Positions 9,476 through 19,415 of a stretch of DNA of 32,000 nt are shown here, in pieces. The notes under the pieces were generated by a model. That model had not been told where the DNA came from, ran no database searches, and saw only the letters and a program-made list of their open reading frames with translations. The translations under genes were made by a program, and so were the position numbers. The number at the start of each line of letters is the position of its first letter. Within the stretch, counting starts at the first letter, position 1. The DNA lies in contig DYFL01000005.1 in the NCBI GenBank assembly GCA_020725195.1, positions 48,513 to 80,512 of the forward strand. Direction: 5' to 3'. This DNA comes from Hydrogenophilus sp. GTDB lineage: Bacteria > Pseudomonadota > Gammaproteobacteria > Burkholderiales > Thiobacillaceae.

Positions 9476-11575
9476 TTGCGAGGGTTTATGGGTGCCCGCT
9501 CCATACCCGCCAACCGCCCTGCGGCGGTCCCGACGTGTCCCTCCATTCCCCGCCTGGCTGAGACCAGGCTTCTTATTGTCTGCCTGGCCTGCGCGGGTGT
9601 GCTGGGCCTGTATCCGGGGCAGGCCCGCGCGGTCGTGGATGTCGCCCAGCTGTCCCTGGAGGAGCTCCTGCAGGTGGAGGTGGTCTCGGCCTCCAAGTTC
9701 AGGCAAAGGATTTCCCAGGCGCCCTCCGCCGCCCGCGTCATCACCGCCGAGGACATCCGGCTCAACGGCTGGCGCACGCTCAGCGAGGCGCTCGCCAGCC
9801 TGCCCGGGCTCTATGTCCTGAACGACCGCACCTACGACTTCCTGGGTGCCCGCGGCCTGCTCATCCCCGGCGACTACAACACGCGCTTCCTGCTCCTGGT
9901 GGACGGCGAGCCCATCAACGACAACGTCTACGAGCAGGCCCTGGTCGGCGACGAGTTTCCCCTGGACCTCGCCCTCATCGAGCGCATCGAGTACGTGCCC
10001 GGTCCCGGCTCCTCCGTCTACGGCGCCAACGCCATGTTCGGGGTCATCAACGTCCTCACCAGGACGGCGGCGGCCCTGGGGCCGGGGCAGGTGGCGGGCC
10101 GTCTCGACAGTGAGGACCGCCGCGCCGGGCGGGCGACGCTGACCCGGCCCCTGGGCGATGCGGGGGCGCTGACCCTGTCGGCCACGCTGGGCCGGCAGTC
10201 CGGCAACGACCTGCATTACCCGGACGCGGCCGCCCTGGGGCTGCCCACCCGCGACGGCACGCCGACGCCGGACGGCATCGCCCACGGCCTGGACCGCACC
10301 CGCAACGAACAGGTCTACGCCCGCCTGAGCCAGGGCGACTTCAGCGTGAGCCTGATCGCGAGCCGGCGCGAGCGCCGGCCCTCCTCGGCGCTCTACGGCG
10401 GCCTGTTCGACGACGACGGCTTTCGGGCCAAGGACACGGCCACCCTCCTGGCCGCGCGCTACGCCACCCGGATTGCCGGGGACGTCGAGTTCAGCGGGCG
10501 GCTCAGCTATGCGCAGATGACCTACCAAGGCCGCTATCCCTATTGGGACGGCGCCCGGCTGATCAATGTGGAGGACGGGACCGGGCGCCGGTGGGCCGGC
10601 GAGGCGCGGCTGCTCTTCAGCCGCTGGGCGGGCCATACGGTGGTGGCCGGCCTGGAGTTCCGCGAAGACGTCGCGGTGCACCAGCAGGGCGGCGACCTGG
10701 GCGCGGCGCCGGACTTCGACGTGAACACCCCGGACCGGCGCTGGGGCGCCTATCTGCAGGACGAGTGGGTCTTCGCGCCCGACTGGCGGCTCAATGCCGG
10801 GCTGCGCCTCGATCATTCCGAGCTGCATGGCAACCGCACCAGCCCGCGCCTGGGGCTGATCTGGCAGGCCCGCCCCGACGCCACCCTCAAGCTCCTCGCC
10901 GGCCGCGCCTACCGCGCGCCGAATGCCTACGAGTCGGCCTTCGGACTGGCCACGGGGGACGGCTCCGGGGTGTATCTCGCGAACCCGGCCCTGAGGCCGG
11001 AGACCATCGAGACGCTGGAGGCCGTGGCGGAGTGGCGGCCCGCGCCGGGCACCGAGCTCGTCGCCTCCCTCTTCGAGTACAGGCTGGACGACCTCATCGC
11101 CCAGGAGGTGGTCGCCGGCGATTGGCAGTACCAGAACCTCGACAACATCCGCGCCCGGGGCCTGGAGGCCGCCCTGCGCCGGCACTTCCAGGCCGGCTAC
11201 CGGCTCGACGCCAGCCTGGCGCTGCAGGCCGTCGAGCTGGCGGACGGCAGCCGCCTGCGCAACAGCCCGCGCTGGATCGGCAAGCTCGCGCTGCTCGGGC
11301 CGGTGCTGGGCGAGGCGCTCAAGGGGGCGCTGGAACTCAATGCCGTCGGCCCCCGCATGCACGATTGGGGCGGCGAACGCCACCGCTTTCCCCTCGCCCC
11401 CATCGCCAACCTGGCGCTGACCGCCGACCGGCTCGCGCCGGGCCTGGAGCTCCAGCTGCGCGTGAACAACCTCCTGGACCGCAGCTACTTCGAGCCTGGC
11501 AGCGACGATGCCCCGGTGCCGCGGATACCGGGCTACGGCCGGGTCTTCGCGCTGACGGTCCGCTATGCGTTTTAG
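9476..11575 (+). CDS. TonB-dependent receptor
   Basis: Signal region, ELLQVEVVSASKFRQRISQAPSAARVITAEDI plug, GPGSSVYGANAMFGVINVLTR, C-terminal aromatic residue; start may be ATG 9488. Confidence 0.88.
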   Translation: MRGFMGARSIPANRPAAVPTCPSIPRLAETRLLIVCLACAGVLGLYPGQARAVVDVAQLSLEELLQVEVVSASKFRQRISQAPSAARVITAEDIRLNGWRTLSEALASLPGLYVLNDRTYDFLGARGLLIPGDYNTRFLLLVDGEPINDNVYEQALVGDEFPLDLALIERIEYVPGPGSSVYGANAMFGVINVLTRTAAALGPGQVAGRLDSEDRRAGRATLTRPLGDAGALTLSATLGRQSGNDLHYPDAAALGLPTRDGTPTPDGIAHGLDRTRNEQVYARLSQGDFSVSLIASRRERRPSSALYGGLFDDDGFRAKDTATLLAARYATRIAGDVEFSGRLSYAQMTYQGRYPYWDGARLINVEDGTGRRWAGEARLLFSRWAGHTVVAGLEFREDVAVHQQGGDLGAAPDFDVNTPDRRWGAYLQDEWVFAPDWRLNAGLRLDHSELHGNRTSPRLGLIWQARPDATLKLLAGRAYRAPNAYESAFGLATGDGSGVYLANPALRPETIETLEAVAEWRPAPGTELVASLFEYRLDDLIAQEVVAGDWQYQNLDNIRARGLEAALRRHFQAGYRLDASLALQAVELADGSRLRNSPRWIGKLALLGPVLGEALKGALELNAVGPRMHDWGGERHRFPLAPIANLALTADRLAPGLELQLRVNNLLDRSYFEPGSDDAPVPRIPGYGRVFALTVRYAF

Positions 11576-12086
11576 GCGCGCGCTGCTGATCGCCGTGCTG
11601 GGCGTGCTGCTCAACGGCCTGGCGGGGGCGGCCGGCACGCCGAGCGCGGCGGAATACGAGCTCAAGGCGGCCTTTCTCTACAACTTCGCCCTCTTCTCGG
11701 AATGGCCGGCGATGCCCGATCCGGTCTACCTCTGCGTGCTGGGAGCCGACCCCTTTGGCCCCTATCTCGACCGGTACGAGGGCAGGGAGCTTCGCGGCAG
11801 CCGCGTGAGCACGCGGCGGGTGGCCTCCGCCCACGAGGCCCGCGGCTGCCAGGTCCTGTTCATCGCGGCCTCCGAGCATGCCCGGCTTCCCCGCATCCGC
11901 GACGAGCTGGCCGGGCGGCCGGTGCTGACCGTCACCGAGGGGGAAGGCATCGACCGCTCGACGGTGATGATCGTGATCGTGCCCGAGGGCAGCCGGCTGA
12001 CCTTCGAGGTCAATCTGAGCGCCGCCCGGCAGGCCGGGCTGAACCTCAGCTCGAAGATGCTGAAGCTCGCCCGGAAGGTGTACTGA
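11565..12086 (+). CDS. YfiR/DUF4154 family periplasmic protein
   Basis: AAEYELKAAFLYNFALFSEWP..., CVLGADPFG, GCQVLFIAASE, VNLSAARQAGLNLSSKMLKLARKV. Confidence 0.85.
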   Translation: MRFRRALLIAVLGVLLNGLAGAAGTPSAAEYELKAAFLYNFALFSEWPAMPDPVYLCVLGADPFGPYLDRYEGRELRGSRVSTRRVASAHEARGCQVLFIAASEHARLPRIRDELAGRPVLTVTEGEGIDRSTVMIVIVPEGSRLTFEVNLSAARQAGLNLSSKMLKLARKVY

Positions 12087-12158
12087 GGAGCCGCATCGCT
12101 GCCCATCCGCACGGGCTGCGCCTGATCAGCCTGGTGCCATCGCCCTGGCCGCGCGCCG

Positions 12159-13091
12159 TCATTCGACGCGGTATTCCACAGTCATCCGGTGGGTGGCCCC
12201 CGCCAGCACGGTCACTGCGTTGTCCAGGGCGTTGGCGCTCTCCACGCAGAGCATCTGGCGCCAGCCGCCGCGGCTTGTCCCGCCGGGGCCGGCCTCGCCG
12301 GGGCCGAAGTCGCCCATCTTCTCGGCCTTCTCCGTCCAGGGGGTCCAGACCACGGTGGAGCGGCTGCCCGACTTGGCCACGCGGATGCGGCGCCCGAGGC
12401 GCGCGTCCTCGATCACGCACTCGGCCTCGGTGTCGACGTAGACCCGGTCGGTCTCGCCGGCGAAGGCGATGGCGCCGACCTCACGCCTGCGGGCGAAGCC
12501 TTCCACCTTGTCCAGGTACTCGCAGCCCTCGAGGCCGGTGACACGCACATCGGCGATGTCGCCGACCTGGAAATAGGTGTGCAGGGCCTCGCCGATGACG
12601 AAGTCGTGGTCCCCGAGGTTGGTGGTGATGAGGATGAGCTTCAAGGACCGGCCCACGGTGACCAGGATCTCCAGGCGCGAGGCGTGCGGCCACTGGGCAC
12701 GGGTCTGCGCGTTTTCCACCAGGGCGAGCGCGATCTCGGTCTCGCCGCCATCGAGCGCCCGGGTGTCGGTCACCTCCCAGTCCACGGTGCGGGCGTAGCC
12801 GTGGGCGGGCCAGCCCGCCTCCGTGGCGTGGGGCCCGAACCAGGGCCAGCACACGGGCACGCCGCCGCGGATGGACTTGCCCCGCGCGAACCTGGCCGCC
12901 TCGGAGAGCCAGACCACGGGCCTGTCCTGGTCCTTGGGCCGCCAGCTCGTCAGGTGGCCGCCCTGCAGGCACAGGCTCGCCACGGCGTGGGCGTTGTCGA
13001 TGTCCGCGAAGACGAGGCCGTCCGTGCCTTCCCTGAAGACGAGCTGGCCCGGGATGGACAGGCGGCTGTTGAGCGCTTCGGCTGCATTCAT
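12159..13091 (-). CDS. D-hexose-6-phosphate mutarotase (YeaD-like aldose 1-epimerase)
   Basis: GGHLTSWRP, WLSEAARFARGKSIRGGVPVCWPWFGP, VVWTPWTEKAEKMGDFG; start ATG 13091. Confidence 0.9.
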   Translation of the reverse strand: MNAAEALNSRLSIPGQLVFREGTDGLVFADIDNAHAVASLCLQGGHLTSWRPKDQDRPVVWLSEAARFARGKSIRGGVPVCWPWFGPHATEAGWPAHGYARTVDWEVTDTRALDGGETEIALALVENAQTRAQWPHASRLEILVTVGRSLKLILITTNLGDHDFVIGEALHTYFQVGDIADVRVTGLEGCEYLDKVEGFARRREVGAIAFAGETDRVYVDTEAECVIEDARLGRRIRVAKSGSRSTVVWTPWTEKAEKMGDFGPGEAGPGGTSRGGWRQMLCVESANALDNAVTVLAGATHRMTVEYRVE

Positions 13092-13154
13092 GCGATTCCC
13101 CTTGATGGTGCATTCCATGATTCTACCGATCCGACAATCTGCAAGTGCAGCCTG

Positions 13155-13218
13155 TGGGAGCGGCTTCAGCCGCGAAGCCCCGGCTGGCATTGCGTTCGCG
13201 GCTGAAGCCGCTCCCACG
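13155..13218. repeat. REP-like inverted repeat
   Basis: GTGGGAGCGGCTTCAGCCGCGAA (13155-13177) perfectly inverted at 13196-13218, 18-nt spacer. Confidence 0.85.
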
Positions 13219-13266
13219 GCCATGCCCTGTTTGCATGTCTTTTCAGGTTCGCCCCCTACGCAGGGC

Positions 13267-15120
13267 TCAGCCCTTCTCGACCTGCGACACGTCGCGCACC
13301 GCGCCGTAGGCGGCCGAGGTGGTCATCGCCGCATAGGCCCGGAGCGCGGCCGACACCGGTCGGTTGCGCCCCGCGGGCTTCCAGGCGTCGCGGCCCTTCG
13401 CCTCCATGGCCGCGCGGCGCCGGGCGAGCTCCTCCTCCGAGACGGCGAGCTCGATGCGCCGGTTGGGGATGTCGATCTCGATCGCGTCGCCGTCCTGGAC
13501 CAGGCCGATCGCGCCGCCCTCGGCGGCCTCGGGCGAGACGTGGCCGATGGACAGCCCGGAGGTGCCGCCGGAGAAGCGCCCGTCGGTGATCAGGGCGCAG
13601 GCGCGGCCCAGGCCCATGGACTTGAGATAGCTGGTCGGGTAGAGCATCTCCTGCATGCCGGGGCCGCCGCGCGGGCCCTCGTAGCGGATGACGACCACGT
13701 CGCCCGCCTTGACCTTGCCGCCCAGGATGCCGTCCACGGCGGCGTCCTGGGACTCGAAGAGGCGCGCCGGTCCCGTGAACTTGAGGATGCCCTCGTCCAC
13801 GCCGGCGGTCTTCACGATGCAGCCGTCGCGGGCGAGGTTGCCGTAGAGCACCGCGAGCCCCCCGTCCTGGCTGTAGGCATGCTGCTTGTCGCGGATGCAG
13901 CCGTTCGCGCGGTCGTCGTCCAAGTGGGGATAGCGGGTGGGCTGGGAAAACGCCTCCTGGGTCGGGATGCCGGCGGGGCCGGCCAGGTAGAACTCGCGCA
14001 CGGCCTCGGAGACGTCGCGCTTGATGTCCCAGGCATCCAGCGCCGCGGCCAGGGTGGCGCTGTGCACGGTGGGCAGGTCGCGGTGCAGGAGCCCCGCGCG
14101 GTCGAGCTCGCCCAGGATCGCCATCACGCCGCCGGCGCGGTGCACGTCCTCCATGTGGTAGGTCTGGATGCTGGGGGCGACCTTGGCCAGATGCGGCACG
14201 CGGCGGCTCATGCGGTCGATGTCCTTCATGGTGAAGTCCACCCCGGCCTCGCGCGCCGCGGCCAGGAGGTGCAGCACGGTGTTGGTCGAGCCGCCCATGG
14301 CGATGTCCAGGGCCATGGCGTTCTCGAAGGCCTGGAAGCTCGCGATGGCGCGCGGCAGCACCGAGGCGTCGTCCTGCTCGTAGTAGCGCTTTGCCAGCTC
14401 GACGACGAGACGGCCGGCCTTGAGGAAGAGGCCCTTGCGGTCGACGTGGGTGGCGAGCAGCGAGCCGTTGCCAGGCAGCGAGAGGCCCAGCGCCTCGGTC
14501 AGGCAGTTCATGGAGTTGGCGGTGAACATGCCGGAGCAGGAGCCGCAGGTCGGGCAGGCGGAGCGCTCCACCTGGGCGACCTCCGCATCGCTCGCCTGGC
14601 TGTCGGCGGCCATGACCATGGCATCGACCAGGTCCAGGTGCACCTCCTTGCCCGCGAGCCGGGTCTTGCCCGCCTCCATGGGGCCACCCGAGACGAACAC
14701 CGCGGGGATGTTGAGGCGCAACGCCGCCATGAGCATGCCGGGGGTGATCTTGTCGCAGTTGGAGATGCACACCATGGCGTCGGCGCAGTGGGCGTTGACC
14801 ATGTATTCGACCGAGTCGGCGATGAGGTCGCGGCTGGGCAGCGAATAGAGCATGCCGCCGTGGCCCATGGCGATGCCGTCGTCCACCGCGATGGTGTTGA
14901 ACTCCTTGGCCACGCCGCCGGCCGCCTCGATCTCGCGCGCCACCAGCTGGCCCAGGTCCTTCAGGTGCACGTGGCCCGGCACGAACTGGGTGAAGGAGTT
15001 GACCACGGCGACGATGGGCTTGTCGAAGTCGCCATCCTTCATGCCGGTGGCGCGCCAGAGGGCGCGGGCACCCGCCATGTTGCGGCCGTGGGTGGTGGTG
15101 CGGGAACGGTACTGGGGCAT
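13267..15120 (-). CDS. ilvD: Dihydroxy-acid dehydratase
   Basis: [29 protein letters not shown]..., [24 protein letters not shown]; start ATG 15120. Confidence 0.96.
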   Translation of the reverse strand: MPQYRSRTTTHGRNMAGARALWRATGMKDGDFDKPIVAVVNSFTQFVPGHVHLKDLGQLVAREIEAAGGVAKEFNTIAVDDGIAMGHGGMLYSLPSRDLIADSVEYMVNAHCADAMVCISNCDKITPGMLMAALRLNIPAVFVSGGPMEAGKTRLAGKEVHLDLVDAMVMAADSQASDAEVAQVERSACPTCGSCSGMFTANSMNCLTEALGLSLPGNGSLLATHVDRKGLFLKAGRLVVELAKRYYEQDDASVLPRAIASFQAFENAMALDIAMGGSTNTVLHLLAAAREAGVDFTMKDIDRMSRRVPHLAKVAPSIQTYHMEDVHRAGGVMAILGELDRAGLLHRDLPTVHSATLAAALDAWDIKRDVSEAVREFYLAGPAGIPTQEAFSQPTRYPHLDDDRANGCIRDKQHAYSQDGGLAVLYGNLARDGCIVKTAGVDEGILKFTGPARLFESQDAAVDGILGGKVKAGDVVVIRYEGPRGGPGMQEMLYPTSYLKSMGLGRACALITDGRFSGGTSGLSIGHVSPEAAEGGAIGLVQDGDAIEIDIPNRRIELAVSEEELARRRAAMEAKGRDAWKPAGRNRPVSAALRAYAAMTTSAAYGAVRDVSQVEKG

Positions 15121-15149
15121 GGCGGACCTCGATTCGGATTCCTGAAGGC

Positions 15150-15176
15150 CGGCCCCTAGGGGCCGAAAGCTATAAT
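15150..15176 (+). promoter_or_regulatory. Putative lgt promoter: 16-bp palindrome followed by TATAAT
   Basis: CGGCCCCTAGGGGCCG at 15150-15165 and TATAAT at 15171-15176 in the divergent ilvD/lgt gap; no good -35 seen. Confidence 0.45.
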
Positions 15177-15209
15177 GCATCGGATTCTAACCCAGCGGCC
15201 CGCCCCGAC

Positions 15210-15998
15210 ATGCTCGTCCATCCCGAGTTCGACCCCGTCGCCATCCGGCTCGGTCCCCTGGCCATACACTGGTACGGCCTCATGTACCTCTTGGCCTTCA
15301 TCCTGGTCATCGTCCTGGGCCGGCTCTACATGCGGCGCCGCCCGGAGCTCGGCTGGGCGCCGAGGGATCTCGAGGACGCCCTGTTCTACGGCGTGCTGGG
15401 CACCATCCTGGGCGGGCGCCTGGGCTATGTGCTCTTCTACAAGCCGGCCTACTATGCGGCCAACCCCACCGAGATCCTCGCCGTGTGGGAAGGCGGCATG
15501 AGCTTCCACGGCGGCTTCCTCGGGGTCTGCCTCGCGCTCTGGTTCTTCGCCCGCAAGCGGGGCTGGCGCTGGCTCGGGGTCACCGATTTCATCGCGCCCC
15601 TGGTGCCCCTGGGGCTGGCGGCGGGGCGCCTGGGCAACTTCATCAACGGCGAGCTCTGGGGCCGGGCGACCGATCTGCCCTGGGGCATGGTCTTCCCCCA
15701 GGCGGGCGACGGCCTGCCGCGCCACCCCTCCCAGCTCTACCAGTTCGCCCTGGAGGGCCTCGCCCTCTTCGTCCTGGTCTGGCTCTACGCCCGCCGGCCG
15801 CGGCCCATGGGGGCCGTCTCGGCGGTGTTCCTCATCGGCTACGGGGCCTTGCGCTTTATCGCCGAGTTCACCCGCGAACCCGATGCCTTCCTCGGCGTCC
15901 TCGCCCTGGGCCTCACCATGGGCCAGTGGCTCAGCCTGCCCATGATCCTCGCCGGCGCCGGGCTGCTCGCCTGGGCGCACAAGCAGGGGCGAGCCTAG
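15210..15998 (+). CDS. lgt: Prolipoprotein diacylglyceryl transferase
   Basis: [38 protein letters not shown] motifs. Confidence 0.96.
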   Translation: MLVHPEFDPVAIRLGPLAIHWYGLMYLLAFILVIVLGRLYMRRRPELGWAPRDLEDALFYGVLGTILGGRLGYVLFYKPAYYAANPTEILAVWEGGMSFHGGFLGVCLALWFFARKRGWRWLGVTDFIAPLVPLGLAAGRLGNFINGELWGRATDLPWGMVFPQAGDGLPRHPSQLYQFALEGLALFVLVWLYARRPRPMGAVSAVFLIGYGALRFIAEFTREPDAFLGVLALGLTMGQWLSLPMILAGAGLLAWAHKQGRA

Positions 15999-16036
15999 TT
16001 GGCGCACGCATTTTTTGCTATATTCGCCGCTCTTTT

Positions 16037-16112
<76 letters not shown>

Positions 16113-16144
16113 ATAAAACATCCGGCGAATTCCGCCGAATTCCG

Positions 16145-16181
16145 AAAACCCCGTACAGCATAAGGCTCTGCGGGGTTTTTA
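16145..16181 (+). terminator. Rho-independent terminator after tRNA-Ala
   Basis: AACCCCG ... CGGGGTT followed by TTTAT. Confidence 0.65.
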
Positions 16182-16275
16182 TTTCCGGCAGTTTCCGAGC
16201 AAAGCCGCTTGAAGCCGGGGTCAAATGGGGGCAATATTGGGGGCAACCCCCAAAGCATCTACGGGAGATGCCCCC

Positions 16276-17478
16276 ATGCCCCTGACAGACACCGCTATCC
16301 GCAAGGCGCAGCCTGGCGAAAAGCCTATCCGGCTCTTCGATGAACGTGGTCTCTACCTGGAGGTCGCTCCAGGCGGAGGCAAGTGGTGGCGGCTCAAGTA
16401 CCGATTCGGCGGTAAAGAGAAGCGGCTGTCCCTCGGGGTCTATCCAGACGTGACCCTGGCCAGAGCCCGCGAGAGGCGGGACGATGCCCGCAAATTGCTG
16501 GCCGACGGCGTTGACCCGGGCGAACATCGCAAAGCCGCCAAGCGTGCCAAGGAAGACGCGGCCGCCAACAGTTTCGAGGCGGTTGCTCGGGAGTGGTTTG
16601 CCAAGCAGTCCATCCACTGGGCCCGGGGGCATGCCGAAAAGATCATCCGCCGACTGGAGCGCGATCTGTTCCCCTGGCTCGGCTCCCGGCCGGTCGCCGA
16701 CATCACGGCGCCGGATATACTGACCGTACTCCGCCGCATCGAAGGCCGCGGCGCCATCGAGACGGCCCACCGTGCCCTGCAAAATGCTGGACAGGTCTTC
16801 CGCTATGCCGTGGCCACAGGGCGCGCTATGCGGGACCCTACGGGCGATTTGCGCGGGTCCCTCACTCCATGGAAACCGAAGCACTACCCGGCCATTACCG
16901 ACCCCAAAGAGATCAGCCCCCTGCTTCTGGCCATCGATGGCTTCACCGGCACCTTCCCGGTGAAGTGCGCCCTGCAGCTCCTGCCCATGCTCCTGGTCCG
17001 ACCCGGGGAGCTGCGGCAGATGGAGTGGGCCGAGGTAGACTTCAAAGAGGCCTCCTGGTCCATCCCTGCCGAGAAGATGAAGACCCGAGTGCCCCACCTG
17101 GTGCCTTTGCCTCACAAGGTGGTGGAGATCCTGCGCGAGCTGCATCCACTCACCGGTCGAAGCCGCTGGGTCTTTCCGGGCGTGCGCGACCATGCCAAAC
17201 CTATGAGCGAGAACACCCTGAATGCCGGCCTGCGCCGCCTTGGTTACGACAAGGACACCCTCACCAGCCACGGCTTCCGGGCCACGGCCCGCACGCTCCT
17301 GGATGAGGTGCTCGGGTTCCGCCCGGATTGGATCGAGCACCAGCTCGCTCACGCCGTTCGCGATCCGAACGGCCGCGCATACAACCGCACCGCACACCTG
17401 AAGCAGCGGCGGGAGATGCTGCAGGCTTGGGCGGACTATCTGGACGGGCTCAAGGCCGGTGCCGGTAGGGGGAGTTGA
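16276..17478 (+). CDS. Phage/P4-type tyrosine integrase
   Basis: MPLTDTAIRKAQPGEKPIRLFDERGLYLEV..., RPGELRQMEW, LTSHGFRATARTLLDE, N-terminal DUF4102-like arm-binding region. Confidence 0.95.
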   Translation: MPLTDTAIRKAQPGEKPIRLFDERGLYLEVAPGGGKWWRLKYRFGGKEKRLSLGVYPDVTLARARERRDDARKLLADGVDPGEHRKAAKRAKEDAAANSFEAVAREWFAKQSIHWARGHAEKIIRRLERDLFPWLGSRPVADITAPDILTVLRRIEGRGAIETAHRALQNAGQVFRYAVATGRAMRDPTGDLRGSLTPWKPKHYPAITDPKEISPLLLAIDGFTGTFPVKCALQLLPMLLVRPGELRQMEWAEVDFKEASWSIPAEKMKTRVPHLVPLPHKVVEILRELHPLTGRSRWVFPGVRDHAKPMSENTLNAGLRRLGYDKDTLTSHGFRATARTLLDEVLGFRPDWIEHQLAHAVRDPNGRAYNRTAHLKQRREMLQAWADYLDGLKAGAGRGS

Positions 17479-17479
17479 T

Positions 17480-17947
17480 ATGCAGCTCGACGATCAACTC
17501 AGTCTCGATGAGGCAACAAAATTCATTGCCAGCCGAATCAAGGACAAGAACGACACACAAAGAACTGCCGAGGACAGAATCCGAAAGCGGGTATCGTACG
17601 CAACCAACAGCGGCAAGCTGCAGCGCGGAAAAGACGGCCTCTACCGTTTTGCTTATTTGCTCGTTTGGGCAAGAGAAAAATACGGAGAGGAACATTTCAT
17701 CGATTACCCATTTGTGGCTTTCGGACAACCTACGGCCAGGCTGTGCATCAACGTCTACGAAGCCTATCATCCACCAGGAGATCTGGCGTCATGCCAAGAG
17801 GCGTTGAGTGCGATGCACAAGGAAGTGGAGCAGTTGAAAGCCCAGGTGGACGCCTTGACGCCCGATGCTCATAGATGGCGAGCTCTCTGCGAGAAAAACA
17901 AGAAATCTGCTAGCCAAATCCGAAACATTGCAGAGAAAAAACCTTAG
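17480..17947 (+). CDS. Hypothetical protein
   Basis: Open frame with SD-like ggagttgat upstream and coiled-coil-like C-terminus (MHKEVEQLKAQVDAL). Confidence 0.6.
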   Translation: MQLDDQLSLDEATKFIASRIKDKNDTQRTAEDRIRKRVSYATNSGKLQRGKDGLYRFAYLLVWAREKYGEEHFIDYPFVAFGQPTARLCINVYEAYHPPGDLASCQEALSAMHKEVEQLKAQVDALTPDAHRWRALCEKNKKSASQIRNIAEKKP

Positions 17948-18017
17948 CGTTGTTCTTTCTGTTTCTCCGCACATAATGGGGTAGCCATGTACCGCACGAA
18001 CCCAGGAGGTTCCAATC

Positions 18018-18242
18018 ATGGCCACTCAGCACCACACTCCGAGCATTCTCCGGCGCCCTGAAGTCGAAGCCCGTACCGGGCTATCCCGTAGCACCCTCTA
18101 CGAACTGATCCAGCAGGGCAAATTCCCCAAGCCCATCCCGCTGGCCGACAGCGGCAAGGCCGTCGGCTGGATCGACGATGAAGTCAACGACTGGATCTCT
18201 GAACGCATCCGATCTGCCCGCAGTGGCAGCAAGTGCGCGTGA
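18018..18242 (+). CDS. AlpA family excisionase/transcriptional regulator
   Basis: ILRRPEVEARTGLSRSTLYELIQQGKFPKPIPLADSGKAVGWIDDEVNDWI. Confidence 0.9.
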   Translation: MATQHHTPSILRRPEVEARTGLSRSTLYELIQQGKFPKPIPLADSGKAVGWIDDEVNDWISERIRSARSGSKCA

Positions 18243-18565
18243 TGAGCATCCGCCTCGAAGCCCTGCCGCGTGGCAAGCGCATCCAGCACATGCTTGAGGC
18301 CTTCCGCGACGTGCGCGAGTGGTCCACCCCTGTCGGGCAGCCTTGCCGCGTCTGCCCGAGTTGCGGCAAGGCCTTCACCGCGGCCCGCAAGCCGCGCCTG
18401 ACGATCTGCCTCTACCCATCCCTTACCCCAGTGCCCGTGGCCTTTCTCTACCGGCTCTGCGGACCTTGTGCACACACCTACCGCAAAGGTGGACGCCACA
18501 AGCAGGGCGTCATCGACGCCATTGAACGCTTCCTCAACGACGACGAAGGAGAAAACCATGCCTAA
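18242..18565 (+). CDS. Hypothetical protein with CxxC pairs (possible zinc ribbon)
   Basis: CRVCPSCGKAF...CLYP...LCGPCAHTYRKGG; start overlaps previous stop. Confidence 0.6.
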   Translation: MSIRLEALPRGKRIQHMLEAFRDVREWSTPVGQPCRVCPSCGKAFTAARKPRLTICLYPSLTPVPVAFLYRLCGPCAHTYRKGGRHKQGVIDAIERFLNDDEGENHA

Positions 18566-18848
18566 AGCTAAGCCTACTGCGCAACAGCCAGGCGGCACCG
18601 ATACTGCTGCCCTCATCAAGGCGTTGGGCGAACACACGGACAGCGCCAGCCTGGCGAAAGACCTCCTCCTGGACCTGGACGGTCTCTTCGGCGCCATCAT
18701 GAAGCTGGCCCAGCGGGACACGGAAGTCTGGCGCCTGGCCAAGATCGGCGAGTACATGGCGGGCTATTGGGCCGACCACTACGACGGCGTGTTTGAGCAG
18801 ACCAGCGAAGCGCACAAGTCCCTGCGCGACGAGGTGCATCATGGCTGA
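18558..18848 (+). CDS. Hypothetical protein
   Basis: Start at 18558 overlapping upstream gene, GGAG SD-like motif. Confidence 0.55.
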   Translation: MPKAKPTAQQPGGTDTAALIKALGEHTDSASLAKDLLLDLDGLFGAIMKLAQRDTEVWRLAKIGEYMAGYWADHYDGVFEQTSEAHKSLRDEVHHG

Positions 18849-19218
18849 ATCCGGCGCCCATATCCCTCAGATCGACATAACTGGTGAGGCCTACCAGGAC
18901 GGGCGCTTCGCTGCCAGCGTCTTCCTGCAGAGCGTTCACGACAGCGTCGAGCTCACCTCACACGAGGAAATGGCCTCGGCCTTCGTGGAGGTGGCCGTCG
19001 ACGAGATTCTGGCCTTCCAACGTGCTGCAGATCCCCGTGACGGCCTGGCTCGCCTGTTCGGCTTCATGGGCCGGGTCGGCGAAATCCTCTGGCTGTACGA
19101 ATACGAGCAGCTGGAGCAGGAAACCAAGTTAAACGCGGCGGCCGATGCCGGCCGCCAAGTGGCGACAGTGATCTCCCTGGCGATGGCCGGGGCCGGCAAG
19201 GAAGGAGGTAAGGCATGA
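18841..19218 (+). CDS. Hypothetical protein
   Basis: Start overlaps previous stop; continuous acidic frame. Confidence 0.55.
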   Translation: MAESGAHIPQIDITGEAYQDGRFAASVFLQSVHDSVELTSHEEMASAFVEVAVDEILAFQRAADPRDGLARLFGFMGRVGEILWLYEYEQLEQETKLNAAADAGRQVATVISLAMAGAGKEGGKA

Positions 19219-19415
19219 GTACCGCTGACATCATCCTGAAGGCCATAGATGACCTCCACGACGCTGCTGCTCTTGCCGAGGCATTGAAAGCGATGCATGA
19301 GACGGGCAGCTACCCGTGGCGCGTCGTAGATGTGCTTGCCGCCCGCCTCCAAGAAATCATCAGTCGCATGGATCAGTTCGATACCCACGGCCAGGGTTGC
19401 CGCGATGCCGGCTGA
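19215..19415 (+). CDS. Small hypothetical protein
   Basis: ATGA-type overlap with previous gene. Confidence 0.5.
   Translation: MSTADIILKAIDDLHDAAALAEALKAMHETGSYPWRVVDVLAARLQEIISRMDQFDTHGQGCRDAG

Noticed and set aside
9410-11665. 751-aa minus-strand ORF
   Set aside because: Antisense of a clear TonB-dependent receptor
12823-15159. 778-aa plus-strand ORF
   Set aside because: Antisense of ilvD and yeaD, compositionally biased; ilvD is unambiguous
16231-16275. G-rich hairpin TTGGGGGcaaCCCCCAA before the integrase as an attachment core
   Set aside because: No second copy seen in the window, so no support for att function
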